Assembly (NCBI GenBank): GCA_904063045.1
Contig: CAJFCJ010000017.1
Span: 620,001 to 684,000, forward strand
Reading direction: 5' to 3'
From: Dimorphilus gyrociliatus
Lineage: Eukaryota; Animalia; Annelida
DNA: 64,000 nt
The notes under the pieces were generated by a model. It saw only the letters and a list, made by a program, of their open reading frames with translations, was not told the origin of the DNA and ran no database searches. How positions within the stretch are numbered: position 1 is the first letter of the stretch; each line of letters starts with the position of its first letter. The position numbers and the translations under genes are program-made. Positions 25,111-37,711 of the stretch are shown here, one piece after another.

Positions 25111-27051
25111 ATGGCGGAGAGCAGCAAGGCTGAAGGCGACAAAAAACAATTTAAGACTTTAGATCGTCGAAATGGATCTAAACGGATTTCATTAAGGCAT
25201 TTCTTAAATAGGACTCCTTTTCGACCAAATCGTTCATACTCTGCAGAAGAAACACACTCTATAACAGAAAAGTCTGTACCTCTACGACAAGAACCTACGG
25301 CAACGACAGTGCCGAAATCTATCAAATCCTCAAAACTATTGGAATGTCCTTTGTGTCTTAATTTTCTACCAAAAGACTCTTTTCCGGAAGTATTTACATG
25401 CGATCACCGATCCTGTGTTGAATGCTTGCGTCAATATTTGCGGATTGAAATATCTGAAAGCCGAGTGAACATAGCTTGTCCAGAATGTAGCGAAAAATTT
25501 CATCCAAATGATATTAGAGACATTTTGAGTGATAAAAAACTATACGACAAATATGAGGACCGTATGCTGAGGAGAGTGTTGGTTTCCGATGCGGATACAA
25601 GATGGTGTCCAGCGCCGGATTGTGGTTTTGCTGTTATAGCGGCTGGTTGCGCAAGCTGTCCTAAAATTAGATGTGAACGGCCTGGTTGTGGAACCTCGTT
25701 TTGTTATCATTGTAAGAGTTTTTGGCATCCGAATCAGACTTGCGATTCAGCTCGAGCAGAACGAAACAGACCTTTTAACAGGCATGAATCTAGGTGGGTT
25801 TTAAAGGACGATGTAAAATGTTGCCCAAAGTGTCAGGCATTGATTATAAAAATGGAAGATGGAAGCTGTAATCACATGACTTGTTCTGTTTGTGGCGCTG
25901 AATTTTGTTGGTTGTGTATGAAAGAAATATCTGATTTACATTACTTATCGCCATCTGGCTGTACATTTTGGGGTAAAAAGCCCTGGAGTAGGAAAAAGAA
26001 AATTTTATGGCAATTGGGAACTTTGGTGGGTGCACCGGTTGGAATAGGTCTTATTGCTGGATTAGCAGTTCCTGCGATGTTGATAGGTTTGTTATTTTTC
26101 TTTCATTTTCTTAGCTATGTAATTAAATTGAATAAAAATGTAGGAATACCTGTTTGGGTTGGTCGTAAAGTACACAATAAGTACTCAAACTTACCGAAAG
26201 GACGAAAGAATGCTCTCGTGACAGCAAGTGTCGCTGCATCCGTATTAGTCAGCCCTGTGTTGGCCGGATTAGCCGTCGGTATAGGAGTTCCAATACTTTT
26301 AGCATACGTTTACGGTGTTGTTCCAGTAAGTTTGTGCCGATCAGGCGGTTGTGGTTTGACCACAACTGATAATGGAGGGGTACGAATAGATCTAAGAGAC
26401 GAGGAGGCAGCAGCGGGAGCCACTCACTCTGAAAAAGTAAATCCAGATAAGAAATCCATAGGACCATCAATTGGTGAGATGAGTTTAGGTTTAAATGGTT
26501 CGTTGAGTGTTAGCGGCAGTCAAATGGAAAAAATTGGTGTAAGAATTGATGAAAGTGACAGAGAGAGTGCGTCTCATAAAGCAGTTGCTGGTGGTTCTAT
26601 AACAGGAAGTGTTTCAGCATCCACCACAAATAAATTGGAAGTTCAGGCAGACATTTCTATTGTTACACCATCAAACCAAACAAGGGCAAAGAGAGCATCT
26701 CTGAGCAGTGAATCGAATAAATCGACGATGGACCACGAAGCAAGTTCAACCAAGGGGCTAGCAGGTTCTTTGTATAGCACAGAAATGGAGCGTCGGTCTT
26801 CACCTATTTCTCACAGAAGCGCAAGCCTCGACGAGACAACGAAAGTAGGAAAAAGGAAAGTAGGCTCGGATGGTGATCGTGTAAGCGTAAATTCGTGGGA
26901 CGAGGACAATCTAAAGCGTAACAAGAGAAGATCGCCAAGTGACGATTCGTGCGTCTTGCCCGAAGTGGAACCTTCAATTGTTGTTCGTCGCGTTACCTTG
27001 ATCGAAGAAGAGTCATCTTCGCGGCAAAGCTCCGCTTCATCTCGTTTATAA
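25111..27051 (+). CDS. RNF19A: RBR E3 ubiquitin ligase RNF19 (dorfin) with TM region
   Basis: First ATG is 25111 (track start 25105 is TTG). RING1 [43 protein letters not shown]2 [37 protein letters not shown]; removing intron 26087-26143 restores PAMLIGIPVWVG. Co-orthologue of RNF19A/B. Confidence 0.93.
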   Translation: MAESSKAEGDKKQFKTLDRRNGSKRISLRHFLNRTPFRPNRSYSAEETHSITEKSVPLRQEPTATTVPKSIKSSKLLECPLCLNFLPKDSFPEVFTCDHRSCVECLRQYLRIEISESRVNIACPECSEKFHPNDIRDILSDKKLYDKYEDRMLRRVLVSDADTRWCPAPDCGFAVIAAGCASCPKIRCERPGCGTSFCYHCKSFWHPNQTCDSARAERNRPFNRHESRWVLKDDVKCCPKCQALIIKMEDGSCNHMTCSVCGAEFCWLCMKEISDLHYLSPSGCTFWGKKPWSRKKKILWQLGTLVGAPVGIGLIAGLAVPAMLIGLLFFFHFLSYVIKLNKNVGIPVWVGRKVHNKYSNLPKGRKNALVTASVAASVLVSPVLAGLAVGIGVPILLAYVYGVVPVSLCRSGGCGLTTTDNGGVRIDLRDEEAAAGATHSEKVNPDKKSIGPSIGEMSLGLNGSLSVSGSQMEKIGVRIDESDRESASHKAVAGGSITGSVSASTTNKLEVQADISIVTPSNQTRAKRASLSSESNKSTMDHEASSTKGLAGSLYSTEMERRSSPISHRSASLDETTKVGKRKVGSDGDRVSVNSWDEDNLKRNKRRSPSDDSCVLPEVEPSIVVRRVTLIEEESSSRQSSASSRL

Positions 27052-27956
27052 TAATAATAATATTCGACTATCGAAATGGGACCACTAAAAAAATATATAC
27101 GATAATAGAATTGGCTAAAAAAATCTTTTTTTTGATTCGCTGACTTGTTTATTTTCCAACTGCTTTCGGTGTGTTAAGATGAAAATTGTTTTATTAAATA
27201 CAACTGTAGAAAAAGTGAAAATTATATAATTTTATCCGACATTTTTTAACGTTATTATTTGTTATATTAAAAGATAAATAATAATGATAATAATTATGAT
27301 AATAAAGGTCTATTTATTTTTAAATATGTTTACTGGTCTATATTTAATGAGTAAATGGTGAACGACCGCCTTTTAGAAAAGACGATAATAATAATAAATA
27401 TGACAGAGTTCCTTAATACATTCCGTCTGTAGAGCGGTGTATTTATAGATATATATTAGACTTCTATTTGGATACATGTTTTGTTTTTTTGGTCAAAAAC
27501 CACGCCTGTATTACATAAAAAAACAAGTTGGGCTGACACCTGGCACTGATGAATAATATCTTGCTTTAAAGCATTCAATTTCGTAAGCTCCTTTCTGAGA
27601 AATTTTTGAGAAATTTGAGCTTTTTTGTCAAAACCGAAGACTTTCGTTTTTGATCTATTAATTTTAAAAATAATCCTTATAAAGTATATTCAATACATAC
27701 TGGCTTATTGCATATATATTATATTATAAATCACATAGTAATATATAAAGTTCTGTAATAAAAAAAGGGAAATAACTCTTTAATAATCATTCTTTTTTAA
27801 ATTCTATTTTTGTTTCTATATAGTTATTCAACTCGATAATTTCTTTTATTATATAAATGAAAAATTAGAATAAAAGGTTATTGTTAAAATTTGATAAACA
27901 ACATAATTAAATGTACAGAGTTTTTTTATTGATCATTTAGGCTTGTTTTTATTTTC

Positions 27957-27960
<4 letters not shown>

Positions 27961-27989
<29 letters not shown>
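27961..27989. repeat. (CT)n microsatellite
   Basis: tctctctctc cctctctctc tctctctct. Confidence 0.85.
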
Positions 27990-28505
27990 TCTCTTCCTCT
28001 TTATACATTCAGCTATCTCTAACCCTATCCTTATATCCGCTTATTTATATCTCTATCTTTAGATCACATCTCTATGATTTCAATTTGCATTTATAAACAC
28101 TATTATTTATAAACAGCGAAAAGGGAAAGTCTGGCAAACAAGTAAATTATATGTTCTTAGTAATCAGTTTTTATTTATAGGCCTACGACTATTAACGAGA
28201 TTTGACGAGAATGAATGAAAAGTTATGTTAACACTATAAAGTAATAATTTTATGATAAACATTGGATAAATTAATTGTGAATTGCTTTATTAATGAATGA
28301 TGCAGAATTGTTAAATGTTCAGAATGTCTTGCTAACATATTTACTTGCTAACGTAATGGTGTTTAGCTATTATAATAGTAGAAAGCCAATCTAGCATAGA
28401 ATATCGTCCCTTGATCTTAACTGTTTCCTGCATTTAGTGGTACCGGCTAGTCTTTTCCATACAAATATTACAATCAACAACATTACAATTTATCCTGTAA
28501 TATTT

Positions 28506-30116
28506 ATGACGAAATCAATCTGCTCATTCAACAGAATCAAGCTACAAGATTTAAATACTGCTATTAACAAAACTAGAAATTTGTCATATCTGAAAGAAAA
28601 CTTAAAATCATTGGCATTTAGAAGTATTGTCCCTAAACCACGTGTTTCTGAAGAAATAATAACACAAAAGAAGAGGAATAAACCAAACTTTTTATTAAGA
28701 AGTGATTCTCATATAGTTCAACCTATAACTGACAAAAACTTTTTATTCCCTTTATTGAATCGATTTCAGAACATCTTAAAAGATCTTTACATTACAATGG
28801 AAGACATAAAACCTCCATCTCGAGTGAAAGGTATGAAGATATTGCAAAAAGGGGAATTCGATACAACATATCTAGTACCTGCAGTGAAAATAGAAAATGA
28901 GCGTATTAAAAAGTTTTTACAGGAAAATAAAAAATATATGTTAAAGCAGAGGGCCGTTAAACCAATTATAGACTTGGAAAATGGAGAGAAGCTAATACTT
29001 CTCAACCCGTCTAGTAAAGAATATCTACAAGATTTACAACTAGAATATCATAATTTAGAATTACATTATGAGAATTTTAATCATCTTGACATCTTTCAAG
29101 CAATTTTACCGGATCATCTAGACAGAGTGTCATCATACAGTTCAATTGGCCATATCCTCCATTTAAATCTTAATGAGGACACCTCAGAGTACAAACATTT
29201 AATAGGTTATTATTAATTATATTACGTAAACAAAATACTATTGTTTGCCATCTACAGGTCAAGTTCTTCTGGATAAAATCCCTTATGCTAAAACTGTTGT
29301 CAATAAACAAAATGTTATAAACAATACATATAGATTTTTTGAAATGGAAATTTTAGCTGGAGAGGAGAATTTTATTACAAAAACGAAAGAACACGGTTGT
29401 ATTTATGAATTAGATTTTAGTAAAGTTTACTGGAACCCTAGACTAAGTAAGTATACACTAACACACACACACACATATATATATATGGTATTATAAACTG
29501 CTTTTACTTTCCAGGTACTGAACATCAAAGGCTAGTTAGTGAGCTTTCCCCAACAGATATCCTTTATGATGTATTTGCTGGTATTGGGCCGTTTGCTATT
29601 CCTGCAGCCAAAAAAGGATGTACAGTTTTAGCTAACGATTTAAATCCGGAATCATATCGTTGGTTGGAGAATAACGTAAAAATTAACAAGACAAAGATTT
29701 CAACGTATAATTTGGATGGAAGGGATTTTATTAAAACAGCTTTAAAATCACATTTGATCGATATTTGGAAAACTAACAACAAGACCAATATACATGTTGC
29801 AATGAATCTGCCTGCATTGGCTATTGAGTTTCTAGATGAATTCGTTGGTTTATTCTCCGATTATAGCACGACATTGCCTGTTGGAGAAATGCCAGTTATA
29901 CATGTTTATGGATTTGGGATCACAGAACAAGATGTTTTGACATCGGTGATATCTAAGCTTCCTGGCTTACAATTGGATGATCTTCAATTAAGAACTGTTA
30001 GAAACGTTGCACCTAACAAGAATATGTTTTTAATTAAGTTTAAACTCTTAAAGAGTATTCTTTTTAGAAGCGATTTCGAAGAACCACCAACTAAAAAAAA
30101 GCTCTGCTCCAATTAA
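28506..30116 (+). CDS. TRMT5: tRNA (guanine37-N1)-methyltransferase Trm5
   Basis: [85 protein letters not shown]; introns 29206-29257 and 29447-29514. Start may be 28506 or 28797. Confidence 0.9.
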
Positions 30117-30502
30117 ACTACGCATTCTTTTCTCTCTCTCTCTTATTTTTAATTAAACAAAAATGATTAGTAAAAGAGAAAGAGGAGATTTAAAATAAAA
30201 TAAAGATGTTTGTTGAAATTGTTAACTGCTAAGATCTTATTTTTCATATTATTCATTGAAGAAAAACACGAAACTTCTTCAAAATAACCGTTAATTAGAT
30301 GAAAAAGAGGAATATATAATATACATAATTACATTTTCTGCGAAAATCATCAGAAATGATAAAAATTATAATGATCAAACGAATTTATGATGTAAAATAC
30401 TGCAATATCATAATGTTACTGACATACTGACAAGAGTAATTTAACAGAAATGTTCATCATTTTTTTGTTCTTAAGGAAAGAAAGAAAGAAAGAAATAATC
30501 GT

Positions 30503-31244
30503 CTAACTCTCTTTCTCCCTACGTAATTCATCGTTAGACAACGGCCTTAGATTTTCCGTAGCATTTCCATCCGACGATAATGGTACCAACTGTATTTGTA
30601 TACTTTGTTTAGCTGTTATGGATTCTTTAATTCTAGCAAATTCTTTCGTTGAGTTCGTTATCCTTTTAAAAATATCACTTAATTTCTAAAAGAAACAACA
30701 ATAGTAATTGTACTGTATTAATTAATCAATTAGCTTAAATTTACAGGATATTTACCTCTTCTTCCGAAGAATTTATAAATATTTTTGCTGATTTATCCCT
30801 TTTAATAACCTCTTCAATTTTTTTCATTTTGACTTCAAAATCTCTATCGTCAATCTTTCCTTTTATGGTAAACATTTTAAATTCTCTCTTCTTCTTTTTA
30901 AGTCTTTGCTCTTCCTCCCCTAATTCTTTTAGTGTCATCAATTTATAAATTGGATATTGATCTTCAATTTCTTTTGATAAAATTAATTTTAAATTATTTG
31001 ATTTGGCTTTCTTGCTCGCTTCGTGATAAGTTAAAACGCCTAGACATTTTTCGCCCATAAATACTTTAACTTTAGAATCCATTGGAGGTAAAACAGTCTT
31101 TTTTATAATTGGCTTAGTTTTTGAAGTATTCTTAACTAATATCGGAGATGTATGGTAATTTATAGAGTTTAACCTTGTTAATTTGAAATTAGGAAAGATT
31201 AACTTGTAACGAGTGGAGAAATGTCGAATTGTACTCATTGTCAT
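30503..31244 (-). CDS. MTIF3: Mitochondrial translation initiation factor 3
   Basis: Arg/Ser-rich presequence; IF3-N-like LGVLTYHEASKKAKSNNLKLIL..PIYKLM; IF3-C-like KMFTIKGKIDDRDFEVKMKKI; intron 30686-30755; last exon 30503-30685 (SIQIQLVP). Confidence 0.8.
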
Positions 31245-32091
31245 TAAAAATTATTTGAAAAAGTCTTAAAATTTCTGTAAGAATCGTTAAATATTTTAAC
31301 TTGTATTCTTTGGCCAAGGTTTTAAGTGATTTCTTCAACGCACACGTTGCTCGAAGCAGAGTATAGATGTCGTCTGCTAATTTAGTTACTTATGAAGATA
31401 TATAGCCTGCAAGTGTAATATTACTTTTCGATATATTTTGTTTATTGAATAAAACGAGTTGGTCAGAGTGATATCAGGTAATATACCTGTACAGTATATT
31501 TGTCAAGTAGCTGTCTCAAACTAGAGTTACAACGATACCAATATCCCTTTATAAACTGGTCCCCGGGCTGCCCATATTATCATTCTAAGAGTAAAAGGTA
31601 AAGATATACTAAGACTATCAAGCTGGAAGATTTCCTTTCAGATACTGTATTATTAAGTATATGAAGATGGGTAAAAATGGGGACAAAGTCAGTCTTGCAT
31701 CAAAATATTGTTTTTGTCAGTTTTTTTATTCGTCGATGGCATTATAAAACTTAAATAATTAAGGTTTTTAAAGTCTAATTACTATTTACAAGAATAACAG
31801 AGTAGTAATCATATAATAAAGCTGTTTTAATATATTTAATTATTAGGAATATAGGGCAAAGTTATTACAACGTAAAGATAAGATTAATTGATACTTAAGT
31901 CAATCATCAGTTTGTTTTTCTCTCTCTCCGTCTCGCCCTTCTCTTCTTAATTAATAAGACAAATGAACACACTGAGTTTAAATCTCATCTGTTATTTTTT
32001 ATTAAACATCTAAATAAAATGGAGCTTATTTGGCTCTTAAATTAAATAATCTAGATTGACCATAGAAAAGGTTTAACTAAGTTCATTATTA

Positions 32092-32116
32092 ATATATATA
32101 TATATATATATATATA
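32092..32116. repeat. (AT)n microsatellite
   Basis: Perfect AT run in the C2CD3 3' region. Confidence 0.85.
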
Positions 32117-32176
32117 CAGTATATGAATACTGTAAAAATGGTTAAAAATTCCTTTTTAGCATTGGAAATATTTTGG

Positions 32177-35100
32177 TTACCGGGCATTAAATTTAGATGA
32201 AAATATTTTAGCTATGCGCTTAGTTTGTTCAGCGGTTGGAAGAGTTTTTAATGAGAATGATGGCATTGTTTTCTTTTCGTCAGGTTTTGAGGATAATGAG
32301 ATGGTAGTCTTAAAGGGAAAGAAAAGAAATAATTAAATAAATTTTCCAAGATAGTTGGTATCGTTATTTAATTATAAATACCTTTAATCGATCTGATGGC
32401 ATAGTTGCTAATAAATTTAGATTTCTTTCCTTTGGTATATCATCCAATTCGAAGGAATTATCTTGTGAATTTTGATCTTCAATTTGAGAATTTACTTCTT
32501 CATTATCTTTGCGGATAGAAGACACAGATGACCTAACTTCTAATTGCTCTTCTAGTTCGTCTAGTTCTTCCGGAATGTTGACGTCGTCGGGTATTTCTTC
32601 AGGTTTATAAGGATTATCAGTATTATCTTCTACCGGATGTATTTCGTTTTGATCTGATTCACTCGAGTCTAATTTTTCAGCTTCTGAGATTTCTATTTCG
32701 ACCTCATCCTCGTCGCTACTCCAAACTAAACCTGCTGCCTCTATTCTGTCTCGAACTCTCTCCCTGTCGGTTTTTAACGAAACTTCATTCGTTTGAAGTT
32801 CTGTAGATTGAATTTCTGAGCTATTTATAACTTGGAAATTTTCGGCTTCAACCGATTTTTTTACGGTTGAATCTTCTTTATCAGACAGGCCCGGAAGACT
32901 CACGTCGAGCATAGTGGAAGACGAAGACTTTCTAGATGTTTCCTCTTTTTCTTCATCATCTAAAGCCTTGTTGGGGAGGAGCTTCTTCTCTTGATCACTC
33001 TCTATAATAGTAATCGGCGAAGAAGATGTCTTTTGACTGTTATCTTCCTCTGTTCGGTTTTCATTTATATTTTCACTAGCTATTTCTTTGCTCTCTACAA
33101 CTTCAACTATCTCTTCCCTTAAAACCGCCATAGTATTCATACCAACTTCCCAATTACTAAAATCGACATCTGAAACATTGTTTAATGATTTCGGCAACAA
33201 AATAAGTGAATTGCTTTGTAACTCTTCCTCCAAGTCTAAATCTCCATTCAGTTCCATATCGGTGTTAAGCATATCCTGACTTTTCGAATGATGGGCGGAA
33301 GATATCCAGGAGATTTCCCTTGAATTTTCTTCCGTATAAGCAGCAGCATATGCATTAGCTTCTTCGCCATCTTTTTCTTCTTCTTCGGCATTTATTGTAT
33401 CATTTAATTCCTCTTCCTTATCACTTACAAGCGTACTACTATTATTATTGCTATTATATATCCTATCTTCAGAGATGCCTATATGTTGTTGTGTTAAAGT
33501 TTGATTATACCTTCTTGGTAGAAAATCGGTTAGGGAAGAATCAGGCGATTTTGAGGTATTTTCTGATGAGTTTAACAAAGCCCTAGCTCTTTCTAAAATG
33601 GGAAGAAACTCTTCGTCTGTCGATCTATTTTCGCTGGGAGACTTATACCTATCACTTTCTATCCGGGGAGGAGAGAAGTTTAATTTTTCTTTGAGCTTTC
33701 CAGTAATATTATCTAATTCACTCATATTCGACTTAAGCTCTTTCATCAAATCTGATCTACTTGGAGAAGATGGCTGAATGTCATATTTCGCTGTGCGAAC
33801 TTGCTGATGCCAATGACGTAAAGCAGAGAATACATCGGAAGATGACTTTGACATTGATTTAACTTCAATTTCAAAATTTGGTGATAGAGGACGAATAGGA
33901 GCTGGAGTTGTTGATCCAAGTTGAACCTGAAATTTTCAATATAATATATACCCTTTAATTCCTCTCATTGTATCTAATAGAAAACAAACGATAAACCAAC
34001 CTTATCAATATTGGAACTTCGAATAAGAACCGGTGCCACGCAAATCTATCGATAATTATTTATAAAATATACTGTATAACGTTGTACATCTATACAAAAT
34101 GTAAACTTACAAATATCTGACCCTGGCATTTACCAACAAAATCCATTATATTATAATAACCACTTATTTGCTGTAGTCCGGCTTTTAATGGCTTTAAGTC
34201 AACAGTAACATAACCTAAAACCTTATCCGTGCTTATCTCAGGTAATAAATCACTCTTTCTGGCGTGCCAAACTTTAAATATAAGATCCTTTTCTTTAGAA
34301 TGAAGCAAATACTTGTATAAAAGAGTATCAGCTTCATAATTCCAAATAGGATTTGATGATGTTTGAGCAGCAGTGCAGAGAGGATCATCTTTTTCGGCAC
34401 TTTGAAAAGTTACATAAGCGGACGGAGCTATTTTATCTTTGCTGTAACAAAAAAACAAAGATATTTTTATAGCGATAAAGGTAAATATAACTTACGTATT
34501 GGGACAATCGACTAGAGGTAGGTGGAAGGCCCTTTCTATGCAGATTCTCGTTAAAAAACAATCATCTGGAACGTCATCCACCGTTCTTATATTTGAATAA
34601 TCTCCTACTTTGTCAGTAATACTGGAATGCATGTCTAACGATACATGAATACAGGCTCCTCCCATATTCGAACATGCCGGTTTGAATAATGGATAAACAC
34701 CACTAATTTTTCTCGACTTTTTCGTTGGTAGCAAATCTATGTAAGCCGAACCGATAAGTTTGTCTTTCTGAACTGGGCGTTCTTTCGTGCTTCTTGGCTC
34801 TTTCGTAGACCAAACTTGAACCTCCAGTTGTTCTTCTCTCAAATACCAATTAAGAGATCTTGAAGACTCAACCTTAAATTCTTTGTGAAGGTTTGCATCG
34901 ACTGTTGCGTAACCATATGAGTTTACTTGGACTTTCCATAGATGAGAAAAAAAGGGTGGATTATTGAAAAATCTTAATTTAATATAGACGTGAAGCTTTT
35001 GTTCTGATTCTTCCTTATTGATAGGAAATGTCAAGTGATTCACCTTGAATGAAAATGAACATTCTTGACCAGTAAAATCTTCTTCAAAGTCGTGTTCGAC

Positions 35101-37676
35101 TTGTTCAATTTCATTATCAGGTTCCCAGCCGTTTACACGGCCAATATCTACAATTCGCCTCCAATCATCTATACCTCTAGATAGTTTCATTCCAACTTCT
35201 AATCCTCCAACGACATTCTCCAACCCGTACTCGGGCGATAGATACTCTTGAAGAGATTTATCATTCTGTTGAACAGCCTCCGCAGTTTGTAGAGGGAACC
35301 ACGATCTTATTCCAGATGGCTTGGTTAAAAGATGACGTAAAGGCACTAAACATATGGCAATAAGCGAGTCGGGTGAAGTAGAATAAGTTCGACGGCTCCT
35401 CGAATCCATTAATCCTTCATTGGCTTGATGCCAAAGTTCCAATATAAGATACTCCCTCTCAAAGTCCTCTGCTAAAGTCCTTGTGTCATCTCCTTCAAAC
35501 CAAAGAAGGGGTAATGGAAAATCGAAATGACATGAGAAATTGCCCGCTAAAGTTCTAGCTATAGTTTGAGTTATTCTTTCTTCATCTTTTGTCAGCATTG
35601 ATAAATTGACTCTTAAATAAGGATTCAAGCCTATATCAGGCGTAAAAGAAAGGGACGGTTCACTTTTCGAAGCATTGACAGCAGCCGCGCGTAAGCCACA
35701 TATTTTTTGAATATTAACCGACAGTCGAATAGTGTTCTGATCGCATTCTTTATCTTTTAATAAACGCGACACTTTAGATTGATAATTGACGGAAATTTCT
35801 AGGAAACCGGACGGCTCTGAATGAGGAATATCTGCTTCAGGATCATGATCTCTAGCATGTTCGGGAAGGATATTTGAAAGAGGTAGATGAAACGTTTGCT
35901 CACTAGGTTCACCATATCTATGCATTGTGGCCAGCGCACATAATTTAGCCACAGGAAGTTGAGTCTAAAATCAATGAAACAAAAAACATTTATTTGAAGT
36001 AGTTTTATAGATTTAAAATCCTACCTTGGCAACAACTTGATCCCTGACATTTGGATGATAAAATCGACACCATATCTCGAAGGATATACCTCCAGCACCA
36101 CCACCAGCTCCAGCGCAAGCACCAACTATTTCCCTTTGAATTGCGGAACTTTCTGCCAGCGTAAGTTTATGTCTCAACTTATCACCGAATTTTGGATCCG
36201 GTATGCAAAGTGTTGTTGCAGTTCTATAAGCTTTTAAAACAGGAGCCGGTTGAACATTAGGATTCGTTCTTTCCCTAATTTGTGTAGGGAAATGATATTG
36301 AACAAAACAATCCGCCTCTCCCCATAAAAGACTATCAAAATTTGCCAAAGACTTGATAGATTCAATATTTACTTCAAAGATATGATCAACTATATCAAAT
36401 AAAGAGAAAAATATCTCGAATTTACAAACAATAGATAAACTTTGTTTACAAAAGAATACAAACTGAATTTTTCGTTTTCTTGCTGATTTACTGAATTTGG
36501 TTCAACTCTACAATAAAAGAAAAAGAATAAAAACAAATAACGAAACGTGTTTAGTTGTTTAAGAATTCAATTAAAAATGTTCTCTTTCGTATCTATTTTT
36601 CATACTTCTTACAATTATCATTCATATTCATATACGCATTAGCGTTTCTATTATTATCTAATTTTGTAGATGATAAGACGGGTAAGCCTATAACTGCTCT
36701 TGATGGTAGTAGATCAAAAATTGAAAGTGATTTTGGCGATCTCTCTTCTCTATAATTATTCTTACTTTTAGAAGTTTTCTTATTTTTACTAAATATTAGA
36801 CGCCAATCGTCTCTTGTAGCTGTTGTATTTTTTATAACCTTTTCCTTAATTTTATTACTTTTCCCAAATTCGTCAACGCTTCTTCCGGATATGATAAATT
36901 CAAATTTTTTTCTTCTATTTACACGAACATCTTCACCAGATTCATCTTCGGTGTCAAATGAATGGGAATGCGAAAAGAAATCCTCTTCCCTCTCTTTATA
37001 TTTACATTTACAATCGGCCCTAAACTCTTTTTTCCCAGAGTTCTTTTTTGATTTTCTACTATATTTTTCATAGTTCAATTGGATTTTTTGAGGTGAATCC
37101 TTCGATTTCGATTGTAATGAAATCTTTTGAGGTGGATCATAAAGAATATCAACACCTTTAAATGACTTTTGACAATTATCAATAGTTTTCATTGTTCCAT
37201 TGACAAAAGAGAATTTTTCACCAGTTCTCTCATTTATAAAAATATCATTATCATTTATACTAAAATCTTTAAGATTTATTCCTTTCGATTGCATTCTTTC
37301 AGAACGTTTTAAACTCATTAAATCATTATTTCTTAATATTGGCATTCCTTCGGAAGTATTGGAAGAATCCTGACTACTACTTTTTAAAATATCTGAACTA
37401 ATTTTAAATTTATGTAAAGGTAAAGACTTCTTTTGATTATTATCATATCTTCCTTCTCCATCTTCGTTATCATTCGCCAATAATTTTTTATTACTACCAG
37501 CTGAACAATTTCTATTTTTAATTTTCTTAGAATATTTTCCTATAGATTTTTTTTTAATAAAAAAATGTTTCTTTCCTTTTCCGAACGAATCTCGTTTAAA
37601 AACTAATTGGCTATGTGCACCATCAAATAGATTACTTTTACTATATTCTTTCGTTACAGCTAATTTGTATCTATTT

Positions 37677-37711
<35 letters not shown>

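Noticed and set aside
27545-27600. TGATGA..CTGA pair suggesting a C/D snoRNA or SECIS
   Set aside because: Not intronic, no terminal stem, no recognisable rRNA complement, and no in-frame TGA in RNF19.
31550-31690. RNase MRP RNA (GTCCCCGGGC and AATGGGG resemble CR-I and CR-V)
   Set aside because: GAAAG of CR-I missing and spacing leaves no room for the S domain; kept only as an unassigned island.
36593-37480. Independent nested gene inside C2CD3
   Set aside because: No ATG start; splice phases on both sides show it works as a C2CD3 exon.
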